Origin: a virus
Strand: one strand, 5' to 3'
Length of the DNA: 64,000 bases
IMG/VR virus record: IMGVR_UViG_3300031521_000039
Location: 1 to 64,000 of that record
The translations under genes were made by a program, and so were the position numbers. Each line of letters begins with the position of its first letter. Position 1 is the first letter of the stretch. The notes below the pieces were generated by a model. That model was not told the DNA's origin, searched no databases, and saw nothing but the letters and a program-made list of their open reading frames with translations. Below are positions 42,454 to 52,364 of this stretch, one piece after another.

Positions 42454-44421
42454 ATGGCAACAAATTTAAATTTTAATGCAGACAGCAAAAGCAATTTAGC
42501 TTCATATACAACTGCTGGAGAAGTAGTTTTTACAGAAGACAACATCTATTTAGTTAAAAATGATGGAAGTAAAATAAAATATAGTTCAATAGAAGTCGTT
42601 CCGTCACTTCCTAGTAGTGGAATCAGTTCAGATAAAATATACATTTTAAGTACACAAAATTATAGTATTAACTACTATGATGGAAGTGCATGGCATGTAT
42701 TAGGAAGTAATCAAATTATCATCGGAACTACTAATGCAGATACTACGAAGTTATGGTTAGATATTTCAACACCAACTAATCCGATACTTAAATGGTATAG
42801 TGGAACTGCATGGATTAATGTAAATAATCAAAGGAATTTTACTACAAATAAAATAGATTTAACAAGTGAAGTTACAGGTATTTTACCTATTGTTAATGTA
42901 AATACAACTACTTTAGCTAAAACTACAGATATACCTAATGTAAGTAATAAATTAGAAGCGACTAATATAAAAGCTGGAACAAATATAAATTTAAGTACTA
43001 GTGGAAATGATGTAACGATTAGTGTATCTGGTTCTAATGCTACAAGTATAAATTCTCATGCAGTAGATAACTCTACATATTCACCTAATAGAGTTTTAAT
43101 AGTTGATAATAGTGGTAATTACACTCATGCAAATGTTAATGTTGCTGGAATAGTTGCTACTAATGGAACAATATTACAACCAAGTGGAAGTCCAACAACT
43201 ATTCTTAGTGGGGAAGAAAAAACTTTTAGTTATCCTAGTTGTTCTGCTGATAAAATGTTAATGAATATACAAGAAGTTATAAGTGGGAGTTCTGTTACAG
43301 ATAATCATTTGGATTTTAGTGATAGTAGCAAATATACTTCACAAGATGTAAGTAAAATATTAATAAGTAGTAATAAAGCACAATTAAAATCACAATCTGA
43401 CAATAATGTAACACCTACTTTAACTGGATATAATACCTCTGTAAGTGGTAAAACTTATATTGTTACGGATAATGGAAGTATAACTGGATATGAATCTTGG
43501 AAAACATACATTAATACTGGTTTAATTGGAAGTTATCAATGGGCATCATCATTTACAGGTTCAAATTACTCACAAATAGATTATGGAGTTGGAAATGAAA
43601 GATATTTTAATAGAATAGATATTGGTATATATGCAAATTCTGGAAATGCTAAAACTGTTATAATATATGGTTTAAAAACAGATGGAACTTTGACAGGTAC
43701 ATTAACTACTTGTAATTTAACAAATACAAGTAGTTATCAAACTTTTTATTTTTCGTATGTGGATAAATTACGCGGTATAAGATTAGTTGTTACTGATAAA
43801 TATGCTTTAGATGCAAATTTTAGAATAATGGGAGTTCAACTTTTTACGAATAATTATCCAATAATTCCACAATATTTGAAAACAACAGGTAGTAGCAACT
43901 TTAGTTTAACAACAACTGATACAATTACATCTTTAAGTATGCCAGTAGTAATTCCTACCAACACTAATGTTAAATGTTTATTTAGCGTGGATAATGGAGT
44001 TAATTGGTTATATAAAGACGGAACGGGGTTTCATAAATATACTGGTGATTTAACAGTAACATGGACAAGTTCAAATGTGAATACAGAATTACAAACTTAT
44101 TTTACTAATTTACCAGTAACGCAATTAAAATCAGATTTAAATAGTTTAAGCATAATACCTATTTCGTTAGATTTTGCTTGGGATATGTCGACATCTGATT
44201 TAATGGTTACACCAACTATATCACCAGTTACATTAATATATACAACATTACCACATTTAGAATCTTCAAGTTTTGGACGTTTCGATGATGCTTATGTAAC
44301 ATTTGGTGTAAAAATAATTAGAGATCCATTAGACAATACGAAAACAAATCAGATGGCAATTAAAAACCTAAGTAATCGGAATCGAACAGCGAATCCAAAT
44401 GTGATTGTAACAACAAGTTAA
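42454..44421 (+). CDS. fibre-like protein with putative discoidin/carbohydrate-binding-like domain
   Basis: NIKAGTNINLST repeat shared with upstream gene; WASS..YSQIDYG..RGIRLVV jelly-roll-like segment. Confidence 0.6.
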   Translation: MATNLNFNADSKSNLASYTTAGEVVFTEDNIYLVKNDGSKIKYSSIEVVPSLPSSGISSDKIYILSTQNYSINYYDGSAWHVLGSNQIIIGTTNADTTKLWLDISTPTNPILKWYSGTAWINVNNQRNFTTNKIDLTSEVTGILPIVNVNTTTLAKTTDIPNVSNKLEATNIKAGTNINLSTSGNDVTISVSGSNATSINSHAVDNSTYSPNRVLIVDNSGNYTHANVNVAGIVATNGTILQPSGSPTTILSGEEKTFSYPSCSADKMLMNIQEVISGSSVTDNHLDFSDSSKYTSQDVSKILISSNKAQLKSQSDNNVTPTLTGYNTSVSGKTYIVTDNGSITGYESWKTYINTGLIGSYQWASSFTGSNYSQIDYGVGNERYFNRIDIGIYANSGNAKTVIIYGLKTDGTLTGTLTTCNLTNTSSYQTFYFSYVDKLRGIRLVVTDKYALDANFRIMGVQLFTNNYPIIPQYLKTTGSSNFSLTTTDTITSLSMPVVIPTNTNVKCLFSVDNGVNWLYKDGTGFHKYTGDLTVTWTSSNVNTELQTYFTNLPVTQLKSDLNSLSIIPISLDFAWDMSTSDLMVTPTISPVTLIYTTLPHLESSSFGRFDDAYVTFGVKIIRDPLDNTKTNQMAIKNLSNRNRTANPNVIVTTS

Positions 44422-44448
44422 TAGAGAAACAAAGGAGGAATTAAAATC

Positions 44449-44823
44449 ATGATAGCGTATGTATATTGGAAAGGAAGTTTAGGAATAAATTGTATAATAA
44501 ATAATGTGACTTCAATTTCAGGAAATCAAATAATCGGTGACACAACAATAAATTTTGGAGGAGGTTCTAATTATGTTATATTACAAAATTCAATAGATAA
44601 AAATATAGGAGATGTAATTGATATTTCAAATTTAACAGATTGTAGAGATTTTTTCTTAAAAGGCAAGGATTTTTGGTATTTAGAACAAATTAATAAAGCT
44701 AATACTAGAGTTGGTAATTTAGAAACAGAACCACCACTTGCCAATCAAATATCTAGTGCAAATGCATTAATCGATGATTTATCTCAAATGATGGTAGAAA
44801 TGTCTACCGTTACTTTGGCTTAA
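44449..44823 (+). CDS. hypothetical fibre-associated protein
   Basis: SD AAAGGAGG. Confidence 0.65.
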   Translation: MIAYVYWKGSLGINCIINNVTSISGNQIIGDTTINFGGGSNYVILQNSIDKNIGDVIDISNLTDCRDFFLKGKDFWYLEQINKANTRVGNLETEPPLANQISSANALIDDLSQMMVEMSTVTLA

Positions 44824-44854
44824 ATAAATATAAAAATAAAAGGAGCAAAGGAGT

Positions 44855-45052
44855 ATGATTAATATGACAAGTTTTAAAAACGTAATGGAAAGAGCAATAA
44901 GGAGTTCATACACAACCAAAGAAAGAAAATATTTCGAGGAGAAAATTGCTACATGGTCACTTAATGGTTGGCTAGAAGACACAGAAGTAGCTTATTTACT
45001 AGGTATTTTAGATGAAGTCTATGGAAAGACTACAACAGGAACACAAGCTTAA
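44855..45052 (+). CDS. small XkdX-like protein
   Basis: EKIATWSLNGWLEDTEVAYL; ends the cluster as XkdX ends the first fibre cluster. Confidence 0.5.
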   Translation: MINMTSFKNVMERAIRSSYTTKERKYFEEKIATWSLNGWLEDTEVAYLLGILDEVYGKTTTGTQA

Positions 45053-45630
45053 TAGGTCAAATTCTGTTAAATCTAACATTTTAAATTAATTCTAACAAAC
45101 AAAAACAGAGTAGATATTATTAACTACTCTGTTTTCTACAAGTTTAAACAAATTAATATAATAAAAGAAGTTGATTAAATGAAAAATCAATTTTTATTAC
45201 AATATAAATATAGCACAAATTAATATGGTTGTAAATAGATTTTGCAAAATATCTTTAATTTATTTTTACTATTAAACTACATCAATTGATAAATACCGTT
45301 TAATAGTAAAATAGTAGAAAAGTCATCGTGGGTTAACTCTCCTACTATCAGTTAAATTAAAATGTACACTTGTGCAATTTAGTACATTAAATTTTATTAT
45401 ATCATATTGAAAATTAAAATACCATACATCAGAAAATTTTAATAGGCATATAGAATTGTTTAAATGATAACTTGTAAGGATTTAATTGAGTTTGAATTTT
45501 AAAATTGCTTAGATTTGATGTTTTTTAATCGACCGTTTTCATTGCAGTTCTTCGGATTAAAAACGGGCAATGCGAACGATATGGAACGAACAAGGACGAT
45601 AGAAAAAGTAGAAAAGATATACTCTCCTAC

Positions 45631-45858
45631 TTATGAGTTTCTAACCTTACTAATAAAGGTTTTCATATTTTCTTCATTATCTAATAATGATATTAAACAG
45701 TCAAAACCTAGTGTACATGGACGATTCAAGCATTTCATAAGTTTTTTAAACTCATCTAAAGACTCTTTATCTATTTTAACAGTGAGTTGACTACGTGGTT
45801 TGTCCAACCAACTTTTATGATCTATTTTAAATCCATTGAATATGTATTCTTCAGACAT
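45631..45858 (-). CDS. ribbon-helix-helix-like DNA-binding protein
   Basis: SQLTVKIDKESLDEFKKL; SD GGAGG; terminator hairpin at 3' end. Confidence 0.55.
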   Translation of the reverse strand: MSEEYIFNGFKIDHKSWLDKPRSQLTVKIDKESLDEFKKLMKCLNRPCTLGFDCLISLLDNEENMKTFISKVRNS

Positions 45859-45966
45859 AAATTTACCTCCATTAGTTCTCTATAGGTAAATTATATTACA
45901 TAATGAAACATTGGTCAAGCATGGTTTAATAAGTTTTATAACATTTTTCGCATAATCTTTATTTCT

Positions 45967-45980
45967 CGAACAATTGTTTG
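45967..45980. promoter_or_regulatory. candidate Firmicute LexA (SOS) box
   Basis: CGAACAATTGTTTG versus consensus GAAC-N4-GTTY, between divergent genes. Confidence 0.45.
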
Positions 45981-46117
45981 AGCATTTTTTATAAATGGTT
46001 TGGCTTATTTAGAAGGTTTGTAAGGATAAGGTGATTTAGGTGCATAAAGTAGTGGATTATATAAGAATAATTATACATTTTTAATGAATAATATACAAAA
46101 TTAAAATAAGAAAGGAA

Positions 46118-46684
46118 TTGATAAATATTATGGAAGAAAAAAATACAGTAGTTGTTGAGTTCAATGAAGAATTACTTGAAGAATGGACAAAAAATTATTT
46201 TAAGAAGCATCCTAGAGCAAGAAAGATTCCTATAACCAATTGCGTTCATCCAAGTATTAACACTTGGACAATAATGCCAAGGCTATCACAAAATTCATTA
46301 AAACATAGATGGGCTAGTTTTACTCAATATGTTTTAGATAAACAGAATAAAGAAATGTTAGGTATAAATAAGTGTAAGGTGGAAGTAATTATTCATAAGG
46401 CAACTCAAATAAGATGCGATGCCGATAATTATTGCCTAAAATTCTGCAACGATCAATTTGTGGATTCTGGCTTGTTAGTAGACGATAGTTATAAAGTCAT
46501 AACAGAAACAACTACACGAATTATATATAATAAAGGTGTAAACAAGATGGAGATTATTTTTAAAGATTGTGAATTTAACTTAGAAGAGTTGAAAATTGCA
46601 CTAGAAAAAGAACAAATTAAACGAGATAAAAGAGAAAAAACAATGTCTGAGAAGAAGAAAACTAAGAAAAAGAAGATAAAATAA
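46118..46684 (+). CDS. RusA-like Holliday junction resolvase
   Basis: PSINTW..RCDADNYCLKFCNDQF..LVDDS. Confidence 0.7.
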   Translation: MINIMEEKNTVVVEFNEELLEEWTKNYFKKHPRARKIPITNCVHPSINTWTIMPRLSQNSLKHRWASFTQYVLDKQNKEMLGINKCKVEVIIHKATQIRCDADNYCLKFCNDQFVDSGLLVDDSYKVITETTTRIIYNKGVNKMEIIFKDCEFNLEELKIALEKEQIKRDKREKTMSEKKKTKKKKIK

Positions 46685-46687
46685 ATT

Positions 46688-46876
46688 ATGAAAATTTGTA
46701 CATCAAATAAAAGAATTATTAGAGAAGATTTAGCTAATCCATTTAGTGATATGTCTTACCATGAAAGATTAGTTATGGCTGGAGCAATTGATTTGACTGA
46801 TAATTGCTTTGTTCAAGATTTAGGTAATGGTTATTGTAGGATGATTGCTATAGATAAAACTAAAAAGGTTAAATAA
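46688..46876 (+). CDS. hypothetical protein
   Basis: 62-aa ORF in operon. Confidence 0.55.
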   Translation: MKICTSNKRIIREDLANPFSDMSYHERLVMAGAIDLTDNCFVQDLGNGYCRMIAIDKTKKVK

Positions 46877-46896
46877 ATTAAAAAAACTTAGAAAGG

Positions 46897-47934
46897 ATGC
46901 GATTTAATATGGGAAGACAAACTAATAAAGTATTATTAACTACACCAGAAGAAATCAATAAAATATTAATTAATAACAAGGAGTTAACACAAGATTTTAT
47001 AAATTATTTAGAAACGACAGATCATTCGCCTAAGAGTATTGTAGTCTATAAAAATAATTTGAACATCTTTTTCGTGTATTTAATGCAAAAAGAAAAGAAT
47101 ATTGACTTTGTAGATATTAAAAAAAGACATATAATGAACTTTCAAAATTTTATGATTAAAGGAGGATTAAGTCCAGCTAGAATTCGTAATATCAAAAGTA
47201 CGCTCTCCTCATTAGGCTTATTTATAGAAGCAATTTTAGATGAAGAAAAAAAATGGGAAAACTTTAGAAATATAATTAACAAAATTCCAAGTCCTAGTTT
47301 GTCTTCAACTAGAGAAAAAACAATATTGTCAGATGATGATTTAGAAAAACTACTAGATAAATTGGTTGAATTAAATAAAATACAAATTGCTTTATTTGTG
47401 GCAATGTCAGCATTTAGTGGGACTCGTAAAGCTGAGACGATTCAATATAAAAGAAGTTTCTTTACTGAGGATAATTGTAAAAATGGATTATATGTAACTC
47501 CTGAGATCAGGACGAAAGGGCATGGTTCTAAGGGAAAGCCACTTGTAAAATATTGTCTTAAATCTAAAGTTGATAAATATTTAGATTTGTGGGACATAGA
47601 AAGACAAAAACAAAATATCGAATTAGATGATTTATTTGTAACAAAGAGAAAAGGAGAATGGATACCTGCTTCAATAAGTACAGTAGATAGTTGGATGGGA
47701 AAATGTAGTGAAATATTAGGAGTTACAAGTTATGCTCATATGTATCGTCACTTTTTCATTTCTTATCTTCGAAGAGAGTCAGTTCCTATCGAAATAATTA
47801 AGGATATTGTAGGTCATGAAGATGTATCTATGAGTCAAAAATATGACGATAATCCTAAAGAAGATGGGTTCTTAAAATATTTTTCAGAAGATGGAATAAA
47901 TAAAATTGAAGATAAAAAATTGTCTGATTTATAA
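46897..47934 (+). CDS. tyrosine recombinase/integrase family protein
   Basis: Catalytic R (SGTRKAE), K (RTKG), HMYRH, VGH, Y (SQKY). Confidence 0.9.
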   Translation: MRFNMGRQTNKVLLTTPEEINKILINNKELTQDFINYLETTDHSPKSIVVYKNNLNIFFVYLMQKEKNIDFVDIKKRHIMNFQNFMIKGGLSPARIRNIKSTLSSLGLFIEAILDEEKKWENFRNIINKIPSPSLSSTREKTILSDDDLEKLLDKLVELNKIQIALFVAMSAFSGTRKAETIQYKRSFFTEDNCKNGLYVTPEIRTKGHGSKGKPLVKYCLKSKVDKYLDLWDIERQKQNIELDDLFVTKRKGEWIPASISTVDSWMGKCSEILGVTSYAHMYRHFFISYLRRESVPIEIIKDIVGHEDVSMSQKYDDNPKEDGFLKYFSEDGINKIEDKKLSDL

Positions 47935-48016
47935 ATAAATTAACAAAATAAATAAGTTATTAAAATACGAGCTTTATCAACACATAACCACTATATATAG
48001 TATGCAATACATAAAA

Positions 48017-48108
48017 TAAGATTGATTTCATAGTTAAAAATAATTCGAATTAGGTTACATGGAGTTGTCAGACTAATCAAAATTAAATAAACTATGAAAT
48101 CAATCTTA
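48017..48108. repeat. 19-bp perfect inverted repeat
   Basis: TAAGATTGATTTCATAGTT (48017-48035) and its reverse complement (48090-48108). Confidence 0.85.
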
Positions 48109-48245
48109 CTAATTAAATATAATAGTAATTATTTTGTAAGCTTTCCACCATAGATAGCTTTACAATAATTAATATAACCAATATTAATAATAATTATACA
48201 TATAAAAAAATAATATATATATATACATTTCCATAAATTGAAAGG

Positions 48246-48455
48246 ATGGTGTCCGATATGAATGAAAGTAAATTATTACAATATCTGCAATCAGTTTTAA
48301 AAGAAAGAAATAAAACAATTATTGAACAAAATAAAGATATAACAAATTTAAATTTAGAAAACATAAGTTATAGAAATATGATTGAAATATTAACACTTCT
48401 ATTGATATTATCTGCCATAGGAAATGTATTTATGATATTTTTATTAACACATTAA
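48246..48455 (+). CDS. small coiled-coil protein with C-terminal TM
   Basis: SD AAGGATGG; hydrophobic C-terminus. Confidence 0.55.
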   Translation: MVSDMNESKLLQYLQSVLKERNKTIIEQNKDITNLNLENISYRNMIEILTLLLILSAIGNVFMIFLLTH

Positions 48456-48538
48456 TTTGTACAATTAAATACTAAAGAAAACAATTTAAATAAGGAGATG
48501 ATTATCAAAAATTAAACAAGCGAAAGGAGTTAATTATT

Positions 48539-48940
48539 ATGGATTTTGCAGGACTAAGTACTTTAATAAACGAACATGGACTAGCAGTTGTATTACTATT
48601 ATTATTTTGTTGGGGGTGTTTTACAACAATTTCTCCATATATAAAAAATAAACTAAATAAAAGAGTAGAAAATGATGATAAGTTAGAAGATAATGTTCAT
48701 AAGGAATATTTTAAAATGACTAAAGAAACTAGAGATATAAATAATAGAATATTGGGAGAATTACAAATAGTAAATATAACCAATCAACAAATTTCTGCAA
48801 CTAATGAATTATTAGCAAAAAACAATAGTACATTATCGGAATCATTATGTGGTAGAATAACTACACTAGAAACTACTACTGACGAGATAGGAAAAACAGT
48901 TGAAAAGATTAATACAAAAATTGATGTTATATTAAAATAA
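48539..48940 (+). CDS. BhlA/UviB-like holin-type membrane protein
   Basis: LINEHGLAVVLLLLF N-terminal TM followed by coiled coil. Confidence 0.55.
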   Translation: MDFAGLSTLINEHGLAVVLLLLFCWGCFTTISPYIKNKLNKRVENDDKLEDNVHKEYFKMTKETRDINNRILGELQIVNITNQQISATNELLAKNNSTLSESLCGRITTLETTTDEIGKTVEKINTKIDVILK

Positions 48941-49060
48941 AAAAGTAGCCATTTCTAGCTACTCTAGTACTATCAAGAAATAAATAGTTACATATGGTAA
49001 AAGAATACTGTTTATCTCTCTTAACTAAATTATACTACTTTTAACAATAATGTCAATATA

Positions 49061-49131
49061 TAAATAAGGTACTGTTAATATATTTATTACACTATAATGT
49101 GTTTTATTTATATTAATAGTACCTTATTTTT
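49061..49131. terminator. long hairpin at the convergence of the two transcription arms
   Basis: AAATAAGGTACTGTTAATAT...ATATTAATAGTACCTTATTT followed by T-run. Confidence 0.65.
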
Positions 49132-49222
49132 TCGCTTTTTTTATTGAAGAACGAATGGTTTATCAATATTTGAAAACTTTTGGCATTACTATCATATGTA
49201 TATTATTTGAATTCTATACATT

Positions 49223-49354
49223 CTATTTAATTGCTGAATTTTTAATACTTAAGCAAATCATTTCTTTACTAATAACAGTTTTATGATCACACTTGTTATT
49301 AAAACTGTGAGGACAATCTTTATTTGAACATTTTAGTGTATTTGTTTTATTCAT
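49223..49354 (-). CDS. 43-aa Cys-rich peptide
   Basis: Translated by hand: MNKTNTLKCSNKDCPHSFNNKCDHKTVISKEMICLSIKNSAIK; SD AAGGAAG. Confidence 0.55.
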   Translation of the reverse strand: MNKTNTLKCSNKDCPHSFNNKCDHKTVISKEMICLSIKNSAIK

Positions 49355-49404
49355 ATTATCACTTCCTTTTATATTTATATTAATAAGTCATTAAACTTAT
49401 CCTT

Positions 49405-50109
49405 TTACAAAGACTTTAATCTTTCATATTCATCCTCTAATCCACAGAATATTAATTCTAATGCATAAGGAAGTGTAGTAATCCATTTACAAAATATTTC
49501 TTGCCACTCTAATTTAAGCCTATGGTGTCTACGTTGTAACAAGATATTTCTAATAGTTGAATAATTCATATTTACTGTTCTTGTGTTAATATAGCTTTCT
49601 GGAAGTATCCTTTTTGCTGAAGCTAAAACACTATCTTTACTTTTTTGATCTTGAACTTCAAAATAAACATCTCTCAAATAATTCAACCCCTTTATAGCAT
49701 ATGATATAGATTGTTTTTCTGCCTCAACATGATATTCAAACATATCTAATGAAATTTCAGTATTTTTATCAAATAGTTTATGCATTGTACTTGTTGAGTT
49801 TGCAGACGTTCCTATTTTATAAGTATCAAATTCTGACCACCAATATCTAGGAGCGGTAATATCGCACCATACTTGTATTTGCCTCATGAATTTACAATGT
49901 TCAGTACCAGCCTTAATTAATGTTTGTGCTAGTTTTAAATCTTTTTCACCTATGGCAAAACTTTCTATATTGGTATTAATTACACTGTTACCTTTTTTTA
50001 GATAGTAACGATAATCATAGCTATCACTTAAATCCCATGAATTTTTTGCATTTCTCATACCTCTAAAACTTGCTTTAAATCCATAAACTTCTGTCTTTTC
50101 AATTTTCAT
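49405..50109 (-). CDS. ThyX/Thy1-like protein (divergent)
   Basis: EHCKFMRQI..APRYWWSEFDTY..ANSTSTMHK..LPESY..RRHHRL; canonical RHR motif absent. Confidence 0.55.
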   Translation of the reverse strand: MKIEKTEVYGFKASFRGMRNAKNSWDLSDSYDYRYYLKKGNSVINTNIESFAIGEKDLKLAQTLIKAGTEHCKFMRQIQVWCDITAPRYWWSEFDTYKIGTSANSTSTMHKLFDKNTEISLDMFEYHVEAEKQSISYAIKGLNYLRDVYFEVQDQKSKDSVLASAKRILPESYINTRTVNMNYSTIRNILLQRRHHRLKLEWQEIFCKWITTLPYALELIFCGLEDEYERLKSL

Positions 50110-50141
50110 ATTTTTAACCCTCCATTCTTATATTAATTTAT

Positions 50142-50459
50142 TTATTGGTTTTTTATATCATTTCCACCAATTTTATAATCATCTTTAAATAAATCTAATC
50201 CTTTAGCATACTCATCTATATAACTTAAATCATCATTTCCATCAACTACAGTCGAATATTCATTATTTTTATTTAATCTATTATGTAATTCCTGATTGTC
50301 ACTTCTTAACTGTCCATTATCTTTTTGTAATTCATAGTTATTTATTTTCAACAAGTCATTTTCTAATTCAAGCTTGTTTAATCTTGTATATAAATCCATT
50401 AATGTTAATTGTCCATCTCTTGATTCCATTTCTTCTTTACATTCACATACATTACTCAT
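50142..50459 (-). CDS. hypothetical coiled-coil protein
   Basis: ORF with SD GGGAG. Confidence 0.6.
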   Translation of the reverse strand: MSNVCECKEEMESRDGQLTLMDLYTRLNKLELENDLLKINNYELQKDNGQLRSDNQELHNRLNKNNEYSTVVDGNDDLSYIDEYAKGLDLFKDDYKIGGNDIKNQ

Positions 50460-50519
50460 TTTTATTATCTCCCTTTTAATTCATATTTTTATTGTTATAT
50501 TAATTTGTTAAATTGCTTT

Positions 50520-50711
50520 TTAATATTCATCTGTTGGTTTTGTAGCCAAACAAACTATATCATTCATTTGTTTGGTCAAAGACTCTATTAAATAACATCT
50601 ATCACATTTACTTTCTAAATACTTATTGCAAGTACATTGTAAGTTTTCAGTTTCATTAATTGCTTTGTTTATTATTGTAGCAATATTAAGATAATCATTT
50701 CTTTTTGACAT
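50520..50711 (-). CDS. small Cys-containing protein
   Basis: CTC..CDRC; SD GGAGG. Confidence 0.6.
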   Translation of the reverse strand: MSKRNDYLNIATIINKAINETENLQCTCNKYLESKCDRCYLIESLTKQMNDIVCLATKPTDEY

Positions 50712-50766
50712 ATCATATTCCCTCCAATTTTACGTTAAATTTTAATATTTACTTGGTTATCTTAAT

Positions 50767-50934
50767 TTATTTTAGTCTAAACCATGCTTTATAATAATTA
50801 ATCTTGCCTATATCTACTGGAACATCATTCCATATAACTCCATCATCCATACTATATTCTAAAGAGTTACAATCATCATTATGTTGTTTGTATACTGTTT
50901 GATATCCACCTTTATATATTTTTCCCTTTTCCAT
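50767..50934 (-). CDS. 55-aa hypothetical protein
   Basis: ATG overlaps ligase stop (TAATG): MEKGKIYKGG..WFRLK. Confidence 0.55.
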   Translation of the reverse strand: MEKGKIYKGGYQTVYKQHNDDCNSLEYSMDDGVIWNDVPVDIGKINYYKAWFRLK

Positions 50935-52214
50935 TAATTATAAGACACTTCCTTTCCTTCTTCTCTAATACATACAAATGTTGGAAATTGTAAACTGATT
51001 AATTTAGTTTTCTTATCCATAGTTTCTTCTTTATATTTTACTTCTAAAATTCTACCTATGTATTTGTCACGATTTATCCAATATTCTTGACGTTGTTCAT
51101 CTGAGTAGCCACTTCCTACATTAACCTTATTTCCTTTGTAGTCTATTATAAATGAACCTAATACTCCTTTATATTTTCCATCCCCTTCTTCATATCCAAT
51201 GATTTTACAGTCCGCAGTTAAGAATTTTTTCACTTTTAATATTCCATTGTGTCGTTTGTTTCTCCATTCACAATCTTTAATAGCCATTAATCCTTCTTTA
51301 TCTTCTGATGTAGCAACATCTAAATATTCATCTACTACTTCAATATCTGATCCTTCATAATAAACTTTTGGAATATCTAAATTTATTAATCCTTTTTCTA
51401 ATGCTTCAGCTTTTAATTGTCTTAATTGTTTTAATCTTTCTTTGTATTTTAACTTGCTCTTTCCCGCAAAGAATTCATCTATAGGTAGTAAATCAAATAC
51501 TATAAAATCTATCATAGTTTTATATTCTGTATCTGAATTAACTATTGATGTAGTTAATCTAAAGTTTTCTCCATTTGATATATTATCTGTATTCTTTTTA
51601 ACTAATTCACCATTGAAATAATATCCTTTGAAACTTGTTTGATTTAATTGTTCAAGTATATGAGATAAATTTGATATTTCTTTTCCTTGTCTACTGAGCA
51701 TTATTCCATTAACATCTGAGCAATTAATACCATTAAGTTTTTCTTCTAAAATAAACCATGTACCTTTCTTTAATGGATATTTGTGTATTGGATATGCCTG
51801 TTGGATATTAAATTCTGGAATTAATCCTTTGATAGCTTTGTTAATTGTTTTACCTGATATATTACATCTAAGGTCTTTAGTAAGTACCTTAATCCATAAT
51901 TCTTGTTCTTCAGTAGATTTGATACTTAAAAATATTAATACTCTATTTCTAAGAATATCATTTATATTACTTTTTGACAGTTTATTCAACATATCGAATC
52001 CATTGCTCCAAGTTTTATCATTATTTGCCACAAATTCATGTAGTAGACATCTAAGTTTCTTTTCGCTGAATCCAAATTGAATACTATCATTGTATGTATA
52101 ATATAGTATTTTAGTAAAATCTTCATTATCTTTATTATTTTGTATTATTGATACCTTGTCATTTGTACCACTTGTGCTTTCTAATTGGTTAATTATTTTT
52201 ATTACTTCTTCCAT
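50934..52214 (-). CDS. ATP-dependent DNA ligase
   Basis: EEKLNG (motif I), FNGEL, FDLL, EGLM, LKVKKF, OB domain VGSG..FPTF..IREE. Confidence 0.9.
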   Translation of the reverse strand: MEEVIKIINQLESTSGTNDKVSIIQNNKDNEDFTKILYYTYNDSIQFGFSEKKLRCLLHEFVANNDKTWSNGFDMLNKLSKSNINDILRNRVLIFLSIKSTEEQELWIKVLTKDLRCNISGKTINKAIKGLIPEFNIQQAYPIHKYPLKKGTWFILEEKLNGINCSDVNGIMLSRQGKEISNLSHILEQLNQTSFKGYYFNGELVKKNTDNISNGENFRLTTSIVNSDTEYKTMIDFIVFDLLPIDEFFAGKSKLKYKERLKQLRQLKAEALEKGLINLDIPKVYYEGSDIEVVDEYLDVATSEDKEGLMAIKDCEWRNKRHNGILKVKKFLTADCKIIGYEEGDGKYKGVLGSFIIDYKGNKVNVGSGYSDEQRQEYWINRDKYIGRILEVKYKEETMDKKTKLISLQFPTFVCIREEGKEVSYN

Positions 52215-52364
52215 TTCTCTATCTCCTTTATTCTATTAATTTATTTACATATTATGTAATATAAGTTGTAAGGGCTTGTACTATTTAGAATTTAATTTCC
52301 CTTACAAGACTATATTACTACTTATGGTTTGTTTTGTCAATGTATTTATATTAATTTGTTTTAG

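Noticed and set aside
19545-44421. Diversity-generating retroelement or invertible fibre shufflon
   Set aside because: No reverse transcriptase, no adenine-specific TR/VR pair and no inverted fibre cassettes were seen; the fibre repeats are diverged protein modules.
50934-52214. KLNG motif suggesting an RNA ligase or capping enzyme
   Set aside because: The N-terminal DNA-binding region and C-terminal OB fold fit an ATP-dependent DNA ligase.
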